64,000 bases of DNA, taken from the NCBI GenBank assembly GCA_965153355.1, contig OZ231126.1, positions 24,304,001 through 24,368,000 of the forward strand. Reading direction: 5' to 3'. The translations under genes and the position numbers were made by a program. A model generated the notes under the pieces. The model was not told where the DNA came from, did not search any database, and saw only the letters and a list, made by a program, of their open reading frames with translations. Origin of the DNA: Flaccisagitta enflata. Taxonomy: Eukaryota. Numbering within the stretch: position 1 is the first letter of the stretch; each line of letters opens with the position of its first letter. This document shows positions 34,101-48,720 of this stretch, in pieces.

Positions 34101-37100
34101 TTTGTTTTTCAGTCCCTTCCACTTCTGCCTTTCAGTTACATCCTTCCTCCAGTTTTTGCAAACGTTTCCACTCGAGTGGTAAGTTTGAGAATTCATGGGA
34201 GGAGAGGAAGTGGAAGAAGGGGGGGTAGAGGGGAAGAGGATATAGAAAATGAGGAGGAAGAGGAAGAGGAAGAGGAAGAGGAAGAGGAAGAGGATGGAGG
34301 TAAAAACGGAAGAAAAGAAAGTGATTGGTCGCCATCACCAAAGTGGAGGTGAGAAAAATGTAATGGGAAAAAAAAAGAAAGAAAAAGAAGGAAAGTCGCT
34401 TTCCTCTAGTCTATACTTCATCCGCAAGAAATCTAATAGAAATTGATGATTTTCTCCACTTAACGGTCTCCCCCATTTTTTTCTTCTCTCCTCTTTGCTT
34501 TCTTTTTTCTTCTCTACTTTTTCTGATATTTATGTCTTACATTGAATCGTATGCACGCAACTGTAAAGCACTCACTACTACGTCGTATCGGTAGATCGTT
34601 TCTTTGTATTGCAACTCCGTCACAACTGCGTCATATATGAGAGGATGGGTCCGGCTGGCTTTTCCTAAACAGAGTTTTAAGGGCTTTCTCATTGTTTCTT
34701 CATATCCTGTTAAAGATGCATCGGGAATCCCTCGGCCTTGTTGACGGACGGACGGTTTATGCCATCGCTCTACGTCACATTGTCCGTCTTTTGGCGAATC
34801 CGCCCCGCCCACCAGCGGGTAGTTATGGCGGTCGTGTATCCGGCCTTGTTTCCACTTTCCTCTCATCACTTTCATCTCCACTCTCTCTTTCTCTTTCTCG
34901 CCATATTTCATCCGCCTTTTCTTCCACCTTCAATGTATCACAATTTCTTCCTCCTTCTTGTGTCACTTTGTCATTTGCACTTCTTCAACATTTGTCTTCG
35001 TTGTTTACAATTTCTTTTTTTCCTTCACTTATGCCGTATATAAGCAATAACCACCTAGCATGGAAGTGAAAGAGTGCTTTGATCGCGTGTAACCAGACTT
35101 TACACCCCGCATTGTCCGTCCTTCCATCCATCCGTGCCTCTGTCCGTCCGTCATTTTTTACTTTTTATGGCTTTGCTCCTGCCCAAATGCTCTAGTGACC
35201 TCAATCACAGCCCCTGCCCACCCGCACGAGACGCGATTGGGTGAGCCGTGTATCCCTCCTATCCCAGGCAGAAATAGACTGACACATTATCTCTCACCCT
35301 CTTCCCTGTTTGCAAGTTCCGTTTCATGTTGCACGGGTGCGTAAGTTGCTCTTCTTTTTGAGTCTTTGTTTTCCTCTTCCATCTTATCTTTTTCTTCTTC
35401 TCACCTTTGGCGCCCTTTTACTTCCCTCAGAGCCGCTTTTTTCCATTTTCATCTAATCTCATCTTCATGAAAGTTGAATCAGGCCAACCTTTTGTTGTTC
35501 TTTTTTCTTTCTTTTTGCTGTTTTCTTTTCTTTCATTTTTTTCTTCTCGTTGAGTTAACATCACACACAAGGAGGTTATGTTATTTCTTTTTTTTTCACC
35601 ATGCACAACGCTGTAGGTTATTTTACTGTAGGTTATTTTACTCGGTCCATTCCTTGATTTTAGAATGACACACTTGAAAATGTAAGAGAAACCGCAATGG
35701 TTCTTACCCGATGTGCTAATGCTGGAAACTATTTTTTGCAGCATTGCCCCTGCCCATTGTTCAATGTAAAGGGAACTTGAATTAAAAGATTGAATATGGA
35801 TACAACTTGAATCACGGAACTAGGAATTATCGAAAAGGGCTCCAAGGATTGTTTCATGTTCTTTACAAATACGTCTACAAAGCCTCTTTTCACACCTTCC
35901 CCCTCCCCCCTCCCCGTCAAAAAAAAAAAAAAAAAAAAGAATAGCGTATCTTCAAAAAACATTTACCTAGGAGCTTGAGCCCACGCTAAAGGTTCTAGTG
36001 AAAGAGGGTAAAACTAGAAGGTGTACGTAAGGTGTGTAAGAGGGAGGTTGATGAGTATGGTGGTAAAAAGGGCGAAAGGTAAATGACTGGATGTGGCGTC
36101 TGTGACGTAGGATGGTACATGTGGTGCCTAACGGTAGATACGATATCTTAAAAGGGTAGAAAGAAGGAGACTGAGGTATGAAGTGGCGTCTGAAAGCTGA
36201 GATATTGGATACGGCGTCGAGTTTTTTTTCTTCCTCAATCTTCACGTTCAATTTCCTGCAAATTGAAAACATGAATGATTCAAGGAGACGGGAATGAGAT
36301 TGTATGCAGAAAGGTTTCTCGTCGAGGTTTCTTTCTTGTAAAACTCACCTTTTTAGTGGCGTGCTACGCGACTCTACACCCGGCTATGTTGGTCGGTCGG
36401 TCGGTCGTTCCCATTTTACTTTTTCGGCGTTTTTTGAGCTTTTTGAGCTCATAGCTCCTGTCCAAATGCCTTAATGAGCTCTATCACTGCTCCTGCCCAC
36501 CCGCAGGCAATTGGGACAGCCGTGTATCCGGCCTTGTTTTCCCCGTTCCTCGTGTGTACAGACTTTCTACGTCCGTTCGTCGGTCTTGGGTGGGATTCGA
36601 TATCAATATTTGGCTTATTGGCATTTTGTCATGTCTGTCATTGCTCTAACTCTTGTGACTTATCAGTTATCACATGATGGTCGTGTTTCCAACCCTGTTA
36701 ATTTCTCAGGTATAAAGCCAGTAGTGATTATATTTGGTTGGGTATTGGTGTTACAATGTGTGATGACAATTACTATTTTATTATACACAAGTAATGCGGT
36801 TCTATACAATTACTTTATCGGAACATTGAAAACGGTAAACACAGGAAATGAAAGCAAGACTGAATATCGTGAATTTTAGATTAATGATGTAAAGGGGCTC
36901 TTCAATTAACTGATTCAGCCGAGCATTGCGATTTCTCTTCCCAGTAATCAATTGAAGCCCGCAAAATAAGCAACAAAATGACCCCCTTCAGAACATCCAT
37001 CCAGTTTACATACTACTTTAGTATCCAACAATTTCGTTGACCTTTCATTTTTTCTCCATTTCATGTTTCAATTTTAGTATAAATCAACGAGTCAGCACAG

Positions 37101-37145
37101 AATTCTTCAGCGATTTCTTTTAGACTTTCGAGAATATCAATTTAT

Positions 37146-37219
<74 letters not shown>

Positions 37220-37435
37220 TTTAAAGCCTCCCCCTTTCATTTTTTTGCCGTGTTCCACGAATCCATTAGCTTTGCCTCTTTTGAATTCTTACCGCTTCTT
37301 TGCTTTCTACTTACTTCTTTCCGTTCTTCATTTCAGTTACGTGTACTCGACTCTTTTTAATAACCACGTTTGTCTGTCCATCAGTATAACCGTCATTTTC
37401 CATCGTTAGCAGGTATTCCTTGCATCACCCAACAA

Positions 37436-38105
37436 AACAAGGTCGGATACACGAGCCGAGACGGTGCGCCGGGCGTTATTAATTCTTAGACCTATCCCAG
37501 CTCTATCAGACATATCCCTAGCTCTATCAGACCTATCCTGAGCTCTATCAGACCTATCTGGCCCATCACCAGCTCTATCAGACCTATTCTAGCTATATCA
37601 GACCTATCCTGAGGTCTATCAGACCTATCCCTAGCTCTGTCAGACCTATCCTGAGCTCTATCAGACCTATGCCGAGCTCTATCAGACCTATCCCAAGCTC
37701 TATCAGACCTATCCCCAGCTCTATTAGACCTATCCGACCTATCACCAGCTCTATCAGACCTATCCTCAGCTCTGTCAGACCTAACCGTAGCTGATTACTT
37801 TAGTGGATGAAATGACAAGTACCATCAATGATGAATAAAATGAGCTTTTAATTGATTTCAAACATTTTTAGCGATTTTTCATTTGAGCGTGACCGACGGA
37901 CGGACGGACGGACGGACGGACAATCAGAGCCTCTTATGGAGGTGCTATGGCGCACCGAAAAATCATCATATCATATTTCTGAATCATTTCCTGTGATTAT
38001 TGCTTCTTTTAGAGATTCTTTTAGAGACTCGAGCGTGACCGACCAACCAACCGACAGACAGAGCTAGTTATAGAGCCAATAGAGGTGCTATGGCGCACCT
38101 AAAAA
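37436..38105 (-). mobile_element. HINE-like element with a central ~22-bp tandem array (AGCTCTATCAGACCTATCC) and a duplicated 5' end
   Basis: AACAAGGTCGGATAC end, GGTGCTATGGCGCACC hairpin twice; shorter relative at 49840-50020. Confidence 0.75.
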
Positions 38106-38289
38106 CGGGTTGGCCCATCCACAGCGCAACCTACCAATAAATCGTCTAATTTTTTACTTTATTTAACGATGTTTGCCAAACCAGCTTTGTGCACATTCAT
38201 ACACATTCCAGTCCTTGGAAAAAAGTTTATCGCATTATTGATTAAGGGGCATTTTATGGACAAGATAAGACAATTGACATGTCCATGAC

Positions 38290-38606
38290 AAGCTTGATAC
38301 TTGCTCTTGCCCTCCTTGACCTTTTCAAACGCTCTGCTGCGTCTCAGCATGCTTTCGTACTGCGACTGAAGGTATGATAGCGTGATCTTCCTCCAGGCTT
38401 TAGTGCGATTCTTTTTAGTTCTACCATCCATGTTGCACATTCCCGACTTTGCCATTGCTTCAATTGAGACCATAGAGATTCAATCAGCTTGAGTTCTGGG
38501 CTATTTCTGGGCTAACTGGAGAAGTGTTTGACCTTTGACACTGCGCCTTTGATGCCATTGCTTCATTAAAGTAGTCAGATGAGCGGACGCGCCATCTCCC
38601 ATGAAC
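38290..38606 (-). pseudogene. Decayed Tc1/mariner-type DDE transposase, C-terminal part
   Basis: Across frameshifts: FMGDGASAH...KQW, PRNSPELKLIESLWSQLK, AWRKI...SMLRR...VKEGKSKY, matching the Tc1 pattern FQQDGAPAH / WPxxSPDLNPIENLW / SMPRR..V...KG..KY. Confidence 0.8.
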
Positions 38607-39035
38607 CGCGTTTTAGAAATGCCATTTTTTTGCCATTTTTCTAATGAGGTACCTAACTTCATACAGCTCTCATTTCTAAATGGTTAGATGCATAGTAATG
38701 CCGTTGGCGCCAACTGCTAGAAAATTCAAAGACGTTTCAGAATCTCACCAATTTTTCTTAGATTTTTATATTTGTAAAGGAGATATGAGGCTTTAAGTGA
38801 TGCGATAAACTTATTTCCAAGGTTGTAAGTTGCGCAGTTTCGTTGGCAAACTTGGCCTTGTTTATTTTCTGATTCTACTTTTCCTAGTCCTTCATTGCAT
38901 ATTTTTCAGTTTTGCCTCCCTCTTTTCAGCTTTCTCTTGTTTAACATAAAAATCTTTCATTGTCTGGATTTTTCCTGTCATTTTTCTTTGCAAAAGTCTT
39001 TCCTCAACCCCTTGATAAGTTCTTCAAACAAAGTA

Positions 39036-39630
39036 ACGGGTGGTCAAAAAAAAAGTGACCAAGCTAAAAATTTCTCCAATAGGTTTTGAATTTTTTTTGT
39101 AAGTTAATATTTTAAAAATGAACTATAGTATACAAAAAAAATAAATCTTTTTGATTTTTAAAAAAAAATAATTATATAAATATAAAAAAGTAAAATGTTT
39201 GCATAGATCAGTAATAACATAAATATCAGCTAGTTTTAAAAAACACCTAACTTGATATAAACACAATTAATTGTAAGTCTCCAAGCTTTGGTTAAAGAGA
39301 TTTGAATAAAAAACAAAAGAATGTTTTTAAGAAGTATCTTTTGTTTTATTGTATGCATGTATCTTTAAAAATTTTTCTTAGATTTTTTTCAAGGTTTCGA
39401 GTCATCCCTAACTATAAATAGTGAATCTATGAAAGCTTTTTAGTTTTTTTACAAAAATTTTTTTTAAAAAATCAAAGCGGTCTAAAATCAAATTGAGTTA
39501 ATTGTAAATAGCTCCAAATGTAAAAGAAATATACAAAAATCACAATGATAAAAAAAATTTTCCTGCATCATATCTTTTTTTTATAAAAGATATAAGTAAA
39601 CAAAAAAAACACTTTTTTTTGACCACCCGT
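39036..39630. mobile_element. Tc1/mariner-like MITE
   Basis: 22-bp TIR ACGGGTGGTCAAAAAAAAAGTG flanked by TA on both sides. Confidence 0.88.
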
Positions 39631-40822
39631 TATTTTCCTCGACCACAACAATTGAAGCAATTCATTTCTTTCTATTAACTTTCTCAAAAGCTTATTGAAT
39701 ATCAAAAAAAAAAAGATTTTTGTACAAAGCGAAAAAAGATAGGACAGGTAATACACCCAAACCAAAGTGCTGTAGCATACCATTGACTATTTTCCTGTTA
39801 TACTTCATGTTACTCCCTCGTTTTTCTTCCACTCCTCCTCTGTCTGCATTCTCCCTCCTTAACATACTTGCATTTTCCTTACTATCTCTTTTTCGCCTTT
39901 CTTCTATTCTCTTTTATGCCTCTCCTTCTCTCCTCTCTTTTTATGTGGCCCCTTCTCTTGCCTGCTTCCATACCGGAATTCTCATGCCGCTTCTTTTTTT
40001 TTATTTGATTTCACCATCATAACAGTCTCTTATGCTAAATTATAAGGAAACTACATGCTTAAACATTGAAAACTGATGAAAAATCAAGGAAGGGTGTTGT
40101 TGTCTTGTGGTTCCCTTCATCAGAAACTGTTTTTGACTTTCCGCTTAAGCTTTAGAAAAAAAAATTCAAAAGATTAACTTTTTTCAAAAAAACGTGCAGG
40201 ATAATACCTCTTTTTAGGCTTCCCCAGCGGCGCTCTTCTTTACACATGTATGGGGTATTAAAATCGCCCCTTTCTATTCTCTTCTGTCGCCTCCTCTGTC
40301 TTCTTGTGCATACCCTCGTGGGCTCTTCCCATCAACCTTTCTTCCTCACTTTTTCTCTCGCCTCTCTCGGATTCTCTCTTCTCTTTATATTTTTGTCATA
40401 CTTCCCCTTCTTTTCTGTCACCCCCTTTTCCATTCTTTGCGTCCACTTGCATATGGCCGTTTCAACGCCCTTTCCTCCTTTCTTTTTCTGTCACCCTTCT
40501 CTTGTCCTCGCCTGCCTTAATTTTTTTCCCACTTCCTCTTTTCTTTCTTAGCGTCTTCTTGCATAAGACCGTTCGTTCACCCATTCTATCTTCTCTATTT
40601 TTGCAATCCCGTTGCGTCCGCCAGTATATGGACCTTCCACCACCCTTTAACCACCTCTTTTTTTATGCCATCCCTCTTTATAGGTGCGACAAAGCACCTC
40701 TATAACTGGCTGTGTCCGTTGGTTGGTCGGTCTGTTGGTCGGTTGGTCAGGTAACGCATTCGTTCGACGATCCACACGTCGCACCTTTTTGGCCCACATG
40801 GGCTTGTCTCGGGTGATGACGG

Positions 40823-43790
40823 TGGCCTCCTGCACTTGAAACTCATCGAAAGGGATTCAATTTTTAAGCCTCCAGGCGTGTGTATGGGCCCATAACATGA
40901 TATGTTGTGGCAATCTGGGCTCATTTGACCTAAAAAAAGGACCCGGATGAGCAAAAAAACTGGTCAAAACAAGCAAAATTAACGTTTTTTTGCTATTTAG
41001 CTTGTTGAAATGATTTCTAGAAACAATTATCATGCAAATATATAATTGTCTAATGTGAATCAAGTGCACAGAGTTGAAGGAGCCCATAAAAGTCATAATA
41101 CTAGCCAAAATGAGGTCAAAATAGCTAAAAAAATTGGTCAAAACAAGCACAAACAGCATTTTTTTTTGTCTGACTTGCTGATATAATTTCTAGAGACAAT
41201 TATAGTGAAAATATATAGTTATTTAATGTGAATCAAGAGAACAAAGTTCTAAGAGCCTATTCAGGTTTTAAAACTGGCCATAATTAGGTCAAAATAGCTG
41301 AAAAAATGGTGAAAACAAGTTAAAATCGAGATTTGTAGCATATCCTATTTCCTGACTTAAGGTTAAGATTCCTAATGAGATTAGATGTGAAAATATGTTA
41401 TTATTCAATTTAAATTGGATGTATAAAGTTGTGGGAGCCCATTGAAGTCTTAAAACAGGCCAAAATTTTCTATTTCCTGACTTAAGGTTAAGATTCCTAA
41501 AGAGATTACATGTGAAAATATATTATTATTTAATTTAAATTGGATGTATCAAGTTGTGGGAGCCCATTGAAGTCTTAAAACAGGCCAAAATTAGCTATAG
41601 AATAACCCAGAATATGACTGATTAACATGTACTCATTATTGCTTTGTATTGAAGTGGTAGTAATCTTTGATTTTTTTTAATGACAACTATCAATGATTTT
41701 GATGCAAAATTTACCTATGATGCATCAAAGATAATAATTGAAAATCCATATTCAAAAAAAAAAACATTAGAATTATAAGGTTCTTAGTTTTAAAAACATT
41801 GTGATTAGGAAGGTAAAGTATGGTTAAACTGTACAAAATATGCTAAAAGTCATATCAAGTGAGAATCTTGGACTAAACCAGTTGATTTGCAGATTGGAAA
41901 TTAAAGACAAACTTTGGATCCCTATAAAAACATTTATTTTCACATTATATATCTTGATGAAAATATTATGAGAGCAGCTGCTTAAAAATTTAGTTAGAGG
42001 ACTAAGAGGTCATTGCCTCAATGACCTCCTATTTCATGAGTGCAAAAACAGGATCTCTTTGTTTGATGTTTTTTGCCTCATTGCCGAGACATGCTTTTCT
42101 TCAAATTTGTGTAAACATTTTCTTCTTCATGTGTTGACATTTTTTTTTTCACTGTAAATCCAATATGTTTTTCTGGTATCATCTTTCACTCTAGTCTTGA
42201 TAGCTTGAAGTAGATGAGCCTTGATTGTATCACAGGCCTCATCATAGAAGATGACTAAACAGACAGACCATTCATTTTTAAGAACTGCAATAAAGAACTC
42301 TCCTTCTGATGGTGGCCATTTCAAGTCAACAAACGGCTCTTCAGATGTCATCAAACGTGGCTTTGCAGATTTTTTTGATGATTGAGTGCGCTCAAGAGTA
42401 AGTTGAGGTCAAAACATTGTTCCTTCATAAATGTTTTCAAAAGTAATGTTTTCCTAGTTGGAAGAGTCAACAGCATGCAGTTCCAGGAGTTTTGAGTACA
42501 TCTTTGTGGAAGAGATATTGTATTGCTTCAAGAATATCTTTTCTTGACCTTTATCTCCTTCCTCATCTTGCTCACTAAACTTCTGAATCTTGGCAAACAT
42601 GAAGTTGACATCATCTTCTGAAGTTACAGGTCCATGGTAGTTGTGCTTCCTTTCATTTTCATCGTATTGTGCAATGAGCTTGTTTTTTCATTGCTTTCTT
42701 GCAAGAATGTCAACCTCTGCATCAGTTACATTAATTGTGGCTTTCATGATATTCTTTTGGGCTTTAGACCAATTTTGTTAACTTGCTTCTTTTGACTCTT
42801 CAACTCTTTGTCCTTCAACATCTTCTCTGCACTATTTGTGAAAGCCAAATATGTATTGGAGCTGAGCACCAGCCTTTCACCAATGACATGAAAGGCAGCA
42901 CCTCCTTTTTTTCTCAGCTTTGCTGTCATGTATTCAAAATAGCTTTCACAAACTTTTTTATCAAAGGGGATTTCATTTGCTCCTAAGTGATAATCTCACT
43001 TAAGGGTTAGTTTTTGAATTCCTGCTGCTTTTTGTGCCGAGTATTCCATGTACTCTGGACCAAATTTATATTGAATCTGAGAGAGTGGAGGCCAGTTTTT
43101 TCATGATTTTTGATGTTTTACAATGATACTGACCTAATATTAGCCAAATACTAATCTGACCTAAGTCTGATACACATACGTTACTGGCCTAAAGCATTAT
43201 AAAGACTAATCAACCTAAATAACTATTTTTCTAACTTCAAAATTATTTAACAACCTTGTTTGCACAATCTTTGTAGATTTATGGTCAATTTAACTTAATT
43301 TGACCTAATTTTGACCTGTGCAAGCTCTAATCTGAGCTCAGTTATTTCCCCAAACTACTATACTAATAATTAAGTATTGATCAAATGATGTTTTTAACAT
43401 ACTATCTGATCCATGCAAGCAATTACTGAAAAATAACAGTATGACCTATTTTGACCAGTTTTATGGTCAATTTAGCCTGATTACACTTTATTTTGATCTG
43501 TGGAAGCCCTAATCTGAGCTCCAATTATTTCCTCAAAATACTATACTAACAATTTAGTATTGATCTTATGATATTTCTTATATACTATCCGAATTATTTG
43601 AGCAATTACTGAAAAATTGCAGTTTTAACCTATTTTGACCAGTTTTTTGGGCCATCCGGGTCCTTTTTTTGGGTCAAATGGGCCCAGATTGCCAGGATAC
43701 ATTGTATATTGGGTCCATACACATGTCTAGGGCCTTAAAAATGTCATCAGAAAAAAATCAAAAAAATTTTGGCCCAAGTGCAGGAGGCCA
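40823..43790. mobile_element. Long-TIR DNA transposon (non-autonomous or decayed) with minus-strand ORF remnants at ~42000-43110
   Basis: Termini TGGCCTCCTGCACTTG / CAAGTGCAGGAGGCCA, imperfect IR extending >150 bp, direct repeat ATGACGG on both flanks. Confidence 0.85.
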
Positions 43791-44011
43791 ATGACGGATT
43801 TGTCTCGTCGTAAATGTCTCGAGCCTAGTTTTCCTCATTCAACTTTGTCACTTACCAATATGTCTCGGCCGTTTTTGTCTCGTCATTTGTCTCGAATCTT
43901 AACTACTTTTACTTTTAGTATTCATCACTCTCGCCGTTCGCCGTTCGCCGTCCCTTTAAAGAATATCATTGTTTCATCATTCTCCTTGTCTCCTTGTTTT
44001 CTTTTCTTTTT

Positions 44012-44600
44012 GGGCAGCGGCCCCGAAGAGGACAAAGTCCTGTAGAACACAGGGTGACTTCTGTTCGTTTGTCCGTTTGTTTGTTTGTTCGTCGCCCCCC
44101 CCCCCCCGGCCCCTTCATCAGGTCCTTCAGGCCTTACATCTGGCCTTTGAGACCTCAAATCTGGCCTCTCAGGCCTCAAATTCAGCCTCTTAGGCTTCAA
44201 ATCCAACCTCTCAGACCTCAAACCTGGCCTCTCAGGCCTCTAATTAGGCTTCTCAGGCCTCAAATCCAAATTCTCAGGCCTCAAACCTGGCCTCTCAGGC
44301 CTCCAATTAGGCCTCTTAGGCCTCAAATTAGGCCTCTCAGGCCTCAAATCAGCTATCTAAGCCTCAATTTATTGCTCTCAGTCCTCTGACCTTTCAAGCC
44401 TTAATCCAGCTCTCTTAAACCTCCAGTCAGCCCTCTCAAGCTTCCGATTGGCATTCTCAGGCCTCACATCAGCCTTCTTAGACCACAGTTTAGGCTCTTG
44501 AAGGCCTTCAGTCAGCCCATCCACTTCTTCAGGCAGGACGAACGAAAGTCCCCTTGTGTTCTACAGGACTTCGTCCCCTTCGGGGCCGCTACCCTGCTTC
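44012..44600 (+). mobile_element. Long-IR HINE-like element (3' tail missing)
   Basis: GGGCAGCGGCCCCGAAGAGGACAAAGTCCTGTAGAACACA / TGTGTTCTACAGGACTTCGTCCCCTTCGGGGCCGCT; 21-bp internal repeats. Confidence 0.78.
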
Positions 44601-44619
44601 CTCTTCGCGTCCTCTTGGA

Positions 44620-45395
44620 TGTGGACCTTCCATCGCCATTTTTTCTCATATTTCTGTCACCCTTTCTCCCTTTCTTTGCGTCTTCTTACATGTGGCCCTT
44701 CTATCGCCCTTTCTTCTCTCATGTATGCCACTCGGTCTTTCTTTATTTGCTACTACTCGCTAAAAACTCTTTCATCGCTCTTTCTTCTCTATGTTGGTCA
44801 CCCCCTCTCCCTTCCTTTGCGTCTTTTTACAGGAGGCCCTTCCATCGCCATTTCTTCTCTTATTTCTGTCACCCTTTCTCCCTTTCTTGCGTTGGCTTGC
44901 ATATGGCCCTTCCATCACCATTTCTTCTCTTATTTCTGTTACCCCTTCATCCTTTCTTTGTGTCTGCTTGCATAAGGCCCTTCCCTCGCTATTTCTTCTC
45001 TTATTACTGTCACTCCTTCTCCCTTTCTTTGTGTCTGCTTGCATATGGCCCTTCCCTCGCTGTTTCTTCTCTTATTTCTGTTACCCCTTCACCCTTTCTT
45101 TGTGTCTGCTTGCATATGGCCCTTCCATTGCCATTTCTTCTCTTATTACTGTCACCCCATCTCCCTTTCTTTGTGTCTGCTTGCATATGGCCCTTCCATC
45201 GCCATGTTCTCTCTTATTTCTGTCTCCCTTTCTCCCTTTCTTTGTGTCTGCTTGCATATGGCCCTTCCATCGCCATGTTCTCTCTTATTTCTGTCTCCCT
45301 TTCTCCCTTTCTTTGCGTTTGCTTGCATATGGCCCTTCCATCGCCATTTCTTCTCTCATTTCTGTCACCCTTTCACCCTTTCTTTGCGTTTGCTT
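44620..45395. repeat. 71-bp pyrimidine-rich minisatellite
   Basis: GCATATGGCCC at 45041, 45112, 45183, 45254, 45325; degenerate relatives at ~40250-40640. Confidence 0.9.
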
Positions 45396-46617
45396 GGTTG
45401 GGGCCGGCGCGTCTTTGCCTCCTCCAACTCGGAGAAACTGCGCAAAGGGATTCCCTGATTTATGGGAAAAATCATTCTGAGATGCAGATTCAGATGCAGA
45501 TGGAGGATGAATGGAATTTCGGATAAATTCTGAGACGAGAAAAGAAGGAAAAAATGAACGCGGAAAAGCAGGGAAAAAGGGACAGAGAAAAATATAAGAT
45601 TGTCGATTTTAACGATTTGCAGATTCCGATTAGAATATCAGAGGGAAAAATCGTTATGTCTTCATGTGTTGCTTTAAAATTTGATAGTCCCTTCTCCTGT
45701 TTTCCTCGCTCGGTAATTGCATGACGTGGCCTGAAACATAAGCATGTAGACTAACGACACTCGTTTCCATTTTGATTCGCTTAAGAAAAGTTTCGCCGCA
45801 CGACAATCAAATTGATTATCGTGGAGCCATATAAATATAATAGCTCAGCTCATTTTCAAACCATTCGCACGTACGTATTTTCAAAAGATACTAGTTTGCA
45901 CTACTTTTTCATAGGAGAATTCTCAGAACACTCGTTGCTTAGGTGAAGCTTATATTGTTTTAGTCTTAGCCAGATTCGATTTTTTTTTTCAAGATCATTT
46001 TTTTCTTGATTGAAAACTAGAAAAGTCTGTCAAACCTTAGGCTAAGAAGAAAAAAAAAAAACTACTGGAATCTTTATTGGATAACCCATTCAGATAAGTA
46101 TTTTGATCAGCCAAAGCAGGAAAAGAAATAAATCAAATGTAAATAAAACAATTAAAAGAGTGAGGTTCATTATTTCAGATGATTTTTTGCATGCCAGGCT
46201 GCGGTGTGTGTAAAAATTGGAAACTATTAAAGACGAATCATACCCGCTAACCCTCTCGCACTAAAAAGATGAAAAATAATTCAGAAACGCCAATGACCAA
46301 GTCACACAATGGCGTTTTTTTTCAAGCCCAGCTTTTGCAACAGTATCAACAACTCTAGCCAACCAAAGAACTGCAGCAACAGCTGCAACTGCCTCATCAT
46401 TTTTTCTCTGGGGCGCAGCTGTGTAGATGGCTTTGAGCTGACCGGGGCTCTTTTTTTTCTCTCTCTCTTTCTCTTTCTCCCTTTTTCCCTCTTCCAATCT
46501 CATCTAGAAGCTCGCAGAGAAAAATCTGACCTCGCATGAAACTCCATAAGCTTCGGTCTAACCTCATCGCGTCTTGGCTCGTGTTGTGTGTGTAGGAATG
46601 AGAAAAGGAGAGCAAGT

Positions 46618-46652
<35 letters not shown>

Positions 46653-46653
46653 A

Positions 46654-46738
<85 letters not shown>

Positions 46739-48134
46739 GCGCGGAGTTAGAATTAGCCGGACAGACAGAATTAAAGACAGACGGACAAACATTGTCATAC
46801 ACAATGTCATGCATTGGTGATTGGAGGTGACAGGTATTTTGTCGTGGTGGTGGGCAGTGGGCAGTGGGCAGTGGGCAGTGGGCAGTGGGCAGTGTGCATG
46901 TCAGAGGCTCAGAGCAGTCAACGTGTTGTACTGTAAGCTGCAAGAAAACAACTAAAACACATACATTTTCAAACAAAGACAGATTGAAACACACACAGAC
47001 AGATAAACAGACACATACAGGCACAGTATCTCAGAGCTGTCAACAAGTTATCATATGAGCGGACAGGTAGAACTCAATGAAAGGCTACGTCATTTCTCTT
47101 GTACTAATCCCTCTCTTCGCAATACCCATTTTAGTCGCGTGCTACACGACTTTTCACCCCACTTCGTCGGTCAGTCGGTTGGTCCGTCGGTTGGTTGGTC
47201 GGATGGTTGAGCAGTGGCCCCAGAGGGACCAATGACCTGTGCTTTCACATATGGGGAAATTTATCCTGCTCCTCCGTCCTTCTAACTCCCTTTGTTCTGA
47301 AACTTATTGTGAAGGCTGTTCGTAACTAAACAAGGCCAAGTAGGCCAATAAGGTGTGACGTGTGGATCGTCGAACGAGTGCGTTATCGACCAACCGACCG
47401 ACCGACCGACCGACCGACCGACCGACCGACCGACCGACCGACCGACCGACCGACCGACCGACCGACCGACCGACCGACCGACCAACCAACCAACGGACAC
47501 AGCCAGTTATAGAGGTGCTTTGTCGCACCTAAAAACTACCTTTTTTTTTTTTTGAACACCAGTTTTCATAGAAAATGACAAATAGTTGATAGTTTTTTTA
47601 GTACTTGATACGACTTCTTATCTCATCCGAGGATAAGTATGTAAACTTACTAACTTAGTTGCCTTAAAACAAAAGGAGCCCGTTTGGATTGCACCTCAAT
47701 TTTTGACGTTTTGGCTCAATTTCTAAGTTGCAGTGTCTAAATAAGAGTAGATTAACAACATTTTCTATACCTTTCTTAGTCAACTTTTGTTCAGAATCGG
47801 AGCGATCGACCTCTTCTCAACCATTTTACAATTTATCTCTTTTCGCTCTGAATCTAATTCCGATAAAATGATTTTCTTAAATGTCATAAATGTCGCTGTT
47901 AGATCGTTCCACAGATGTAGGCCTTGATCTACAACTTGGAATTTCTAAGGCTGAAAGCGGATCTCGCTTTGAAAAAAACTCGCCCCCTGAAGTGTTGACT
48001 GTTGTTACAGGCTCTATACACCACCGATCTAGGCGTTCTTGGTCTTGTTTGACGGAGATTTGATTTCTCTCGCCGTCGGCTTTAACTAAATATTATTATT
48101 TTCTTCTTAGGGGCCCCTAAGGGCCCCCAAAAAA

Positions 48135-48720
48135 GCCCTTATTGAGAATTTTTTTTTTGAAAAAAAAAGTGGGGTGCAATCAATGGGAAATTGTTTGATT
48201 TGCCTAGATCCAAAATCTTGTATTTTCACTTTTTTCAAAAAACTTAGAAAATTTTTATGTCGCGCGTCAGGGACTTAGAAAAAAAATCACAAAATATTTT
48301 TTTGAAAAATGTTTTTTAAAAGTGGGGTGCAATCAATAGGAAATTGTTTGATTTGCCTAGATCCAAAATCCTGCATTTTCATTTTTTTTTTCAGAAAACT
48401 TAAAAAAAATTTTTGTCGCGCGTCAGGGACTTAAAAAAAAAATCACAAAATATTTTTTTGAAAAATGTTTTTTAAAAGTGGGGTGCTATCAATAGGAAAT
48501 TGTTTGATTTGCCTAGATCCAAAATCCTGCATTTTCATTTTTTTTTCAGAAAACTTAAAAAAAATTTTTGTCGCGCGTCAGGGACTTTGAAAAAAAAAAT
48601 CACAAAATATTTTTTTGAAAAATGGTTTTCAAAAGTGGGGTGCAGTTGATAGGAAATTGTTTTATTCGCCTAGATCCAAAACCTGTAAAATGACTTTTTT
48701 CAAAAAAATTTAAAATTTGA
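48135..48720. repeat. ~155-bp AT-rich satellite, 4 units
   Basis: GTGGGGTGC at 48169, 48322, 48478, 48635. Confidence 0.9.

Noticed and set aside
44498-45526. 342-aa hydrophobic ORF
   Set aside because: It overlies a 71-bp minisatellite (period not a multiple of 3) and is open in several frames.
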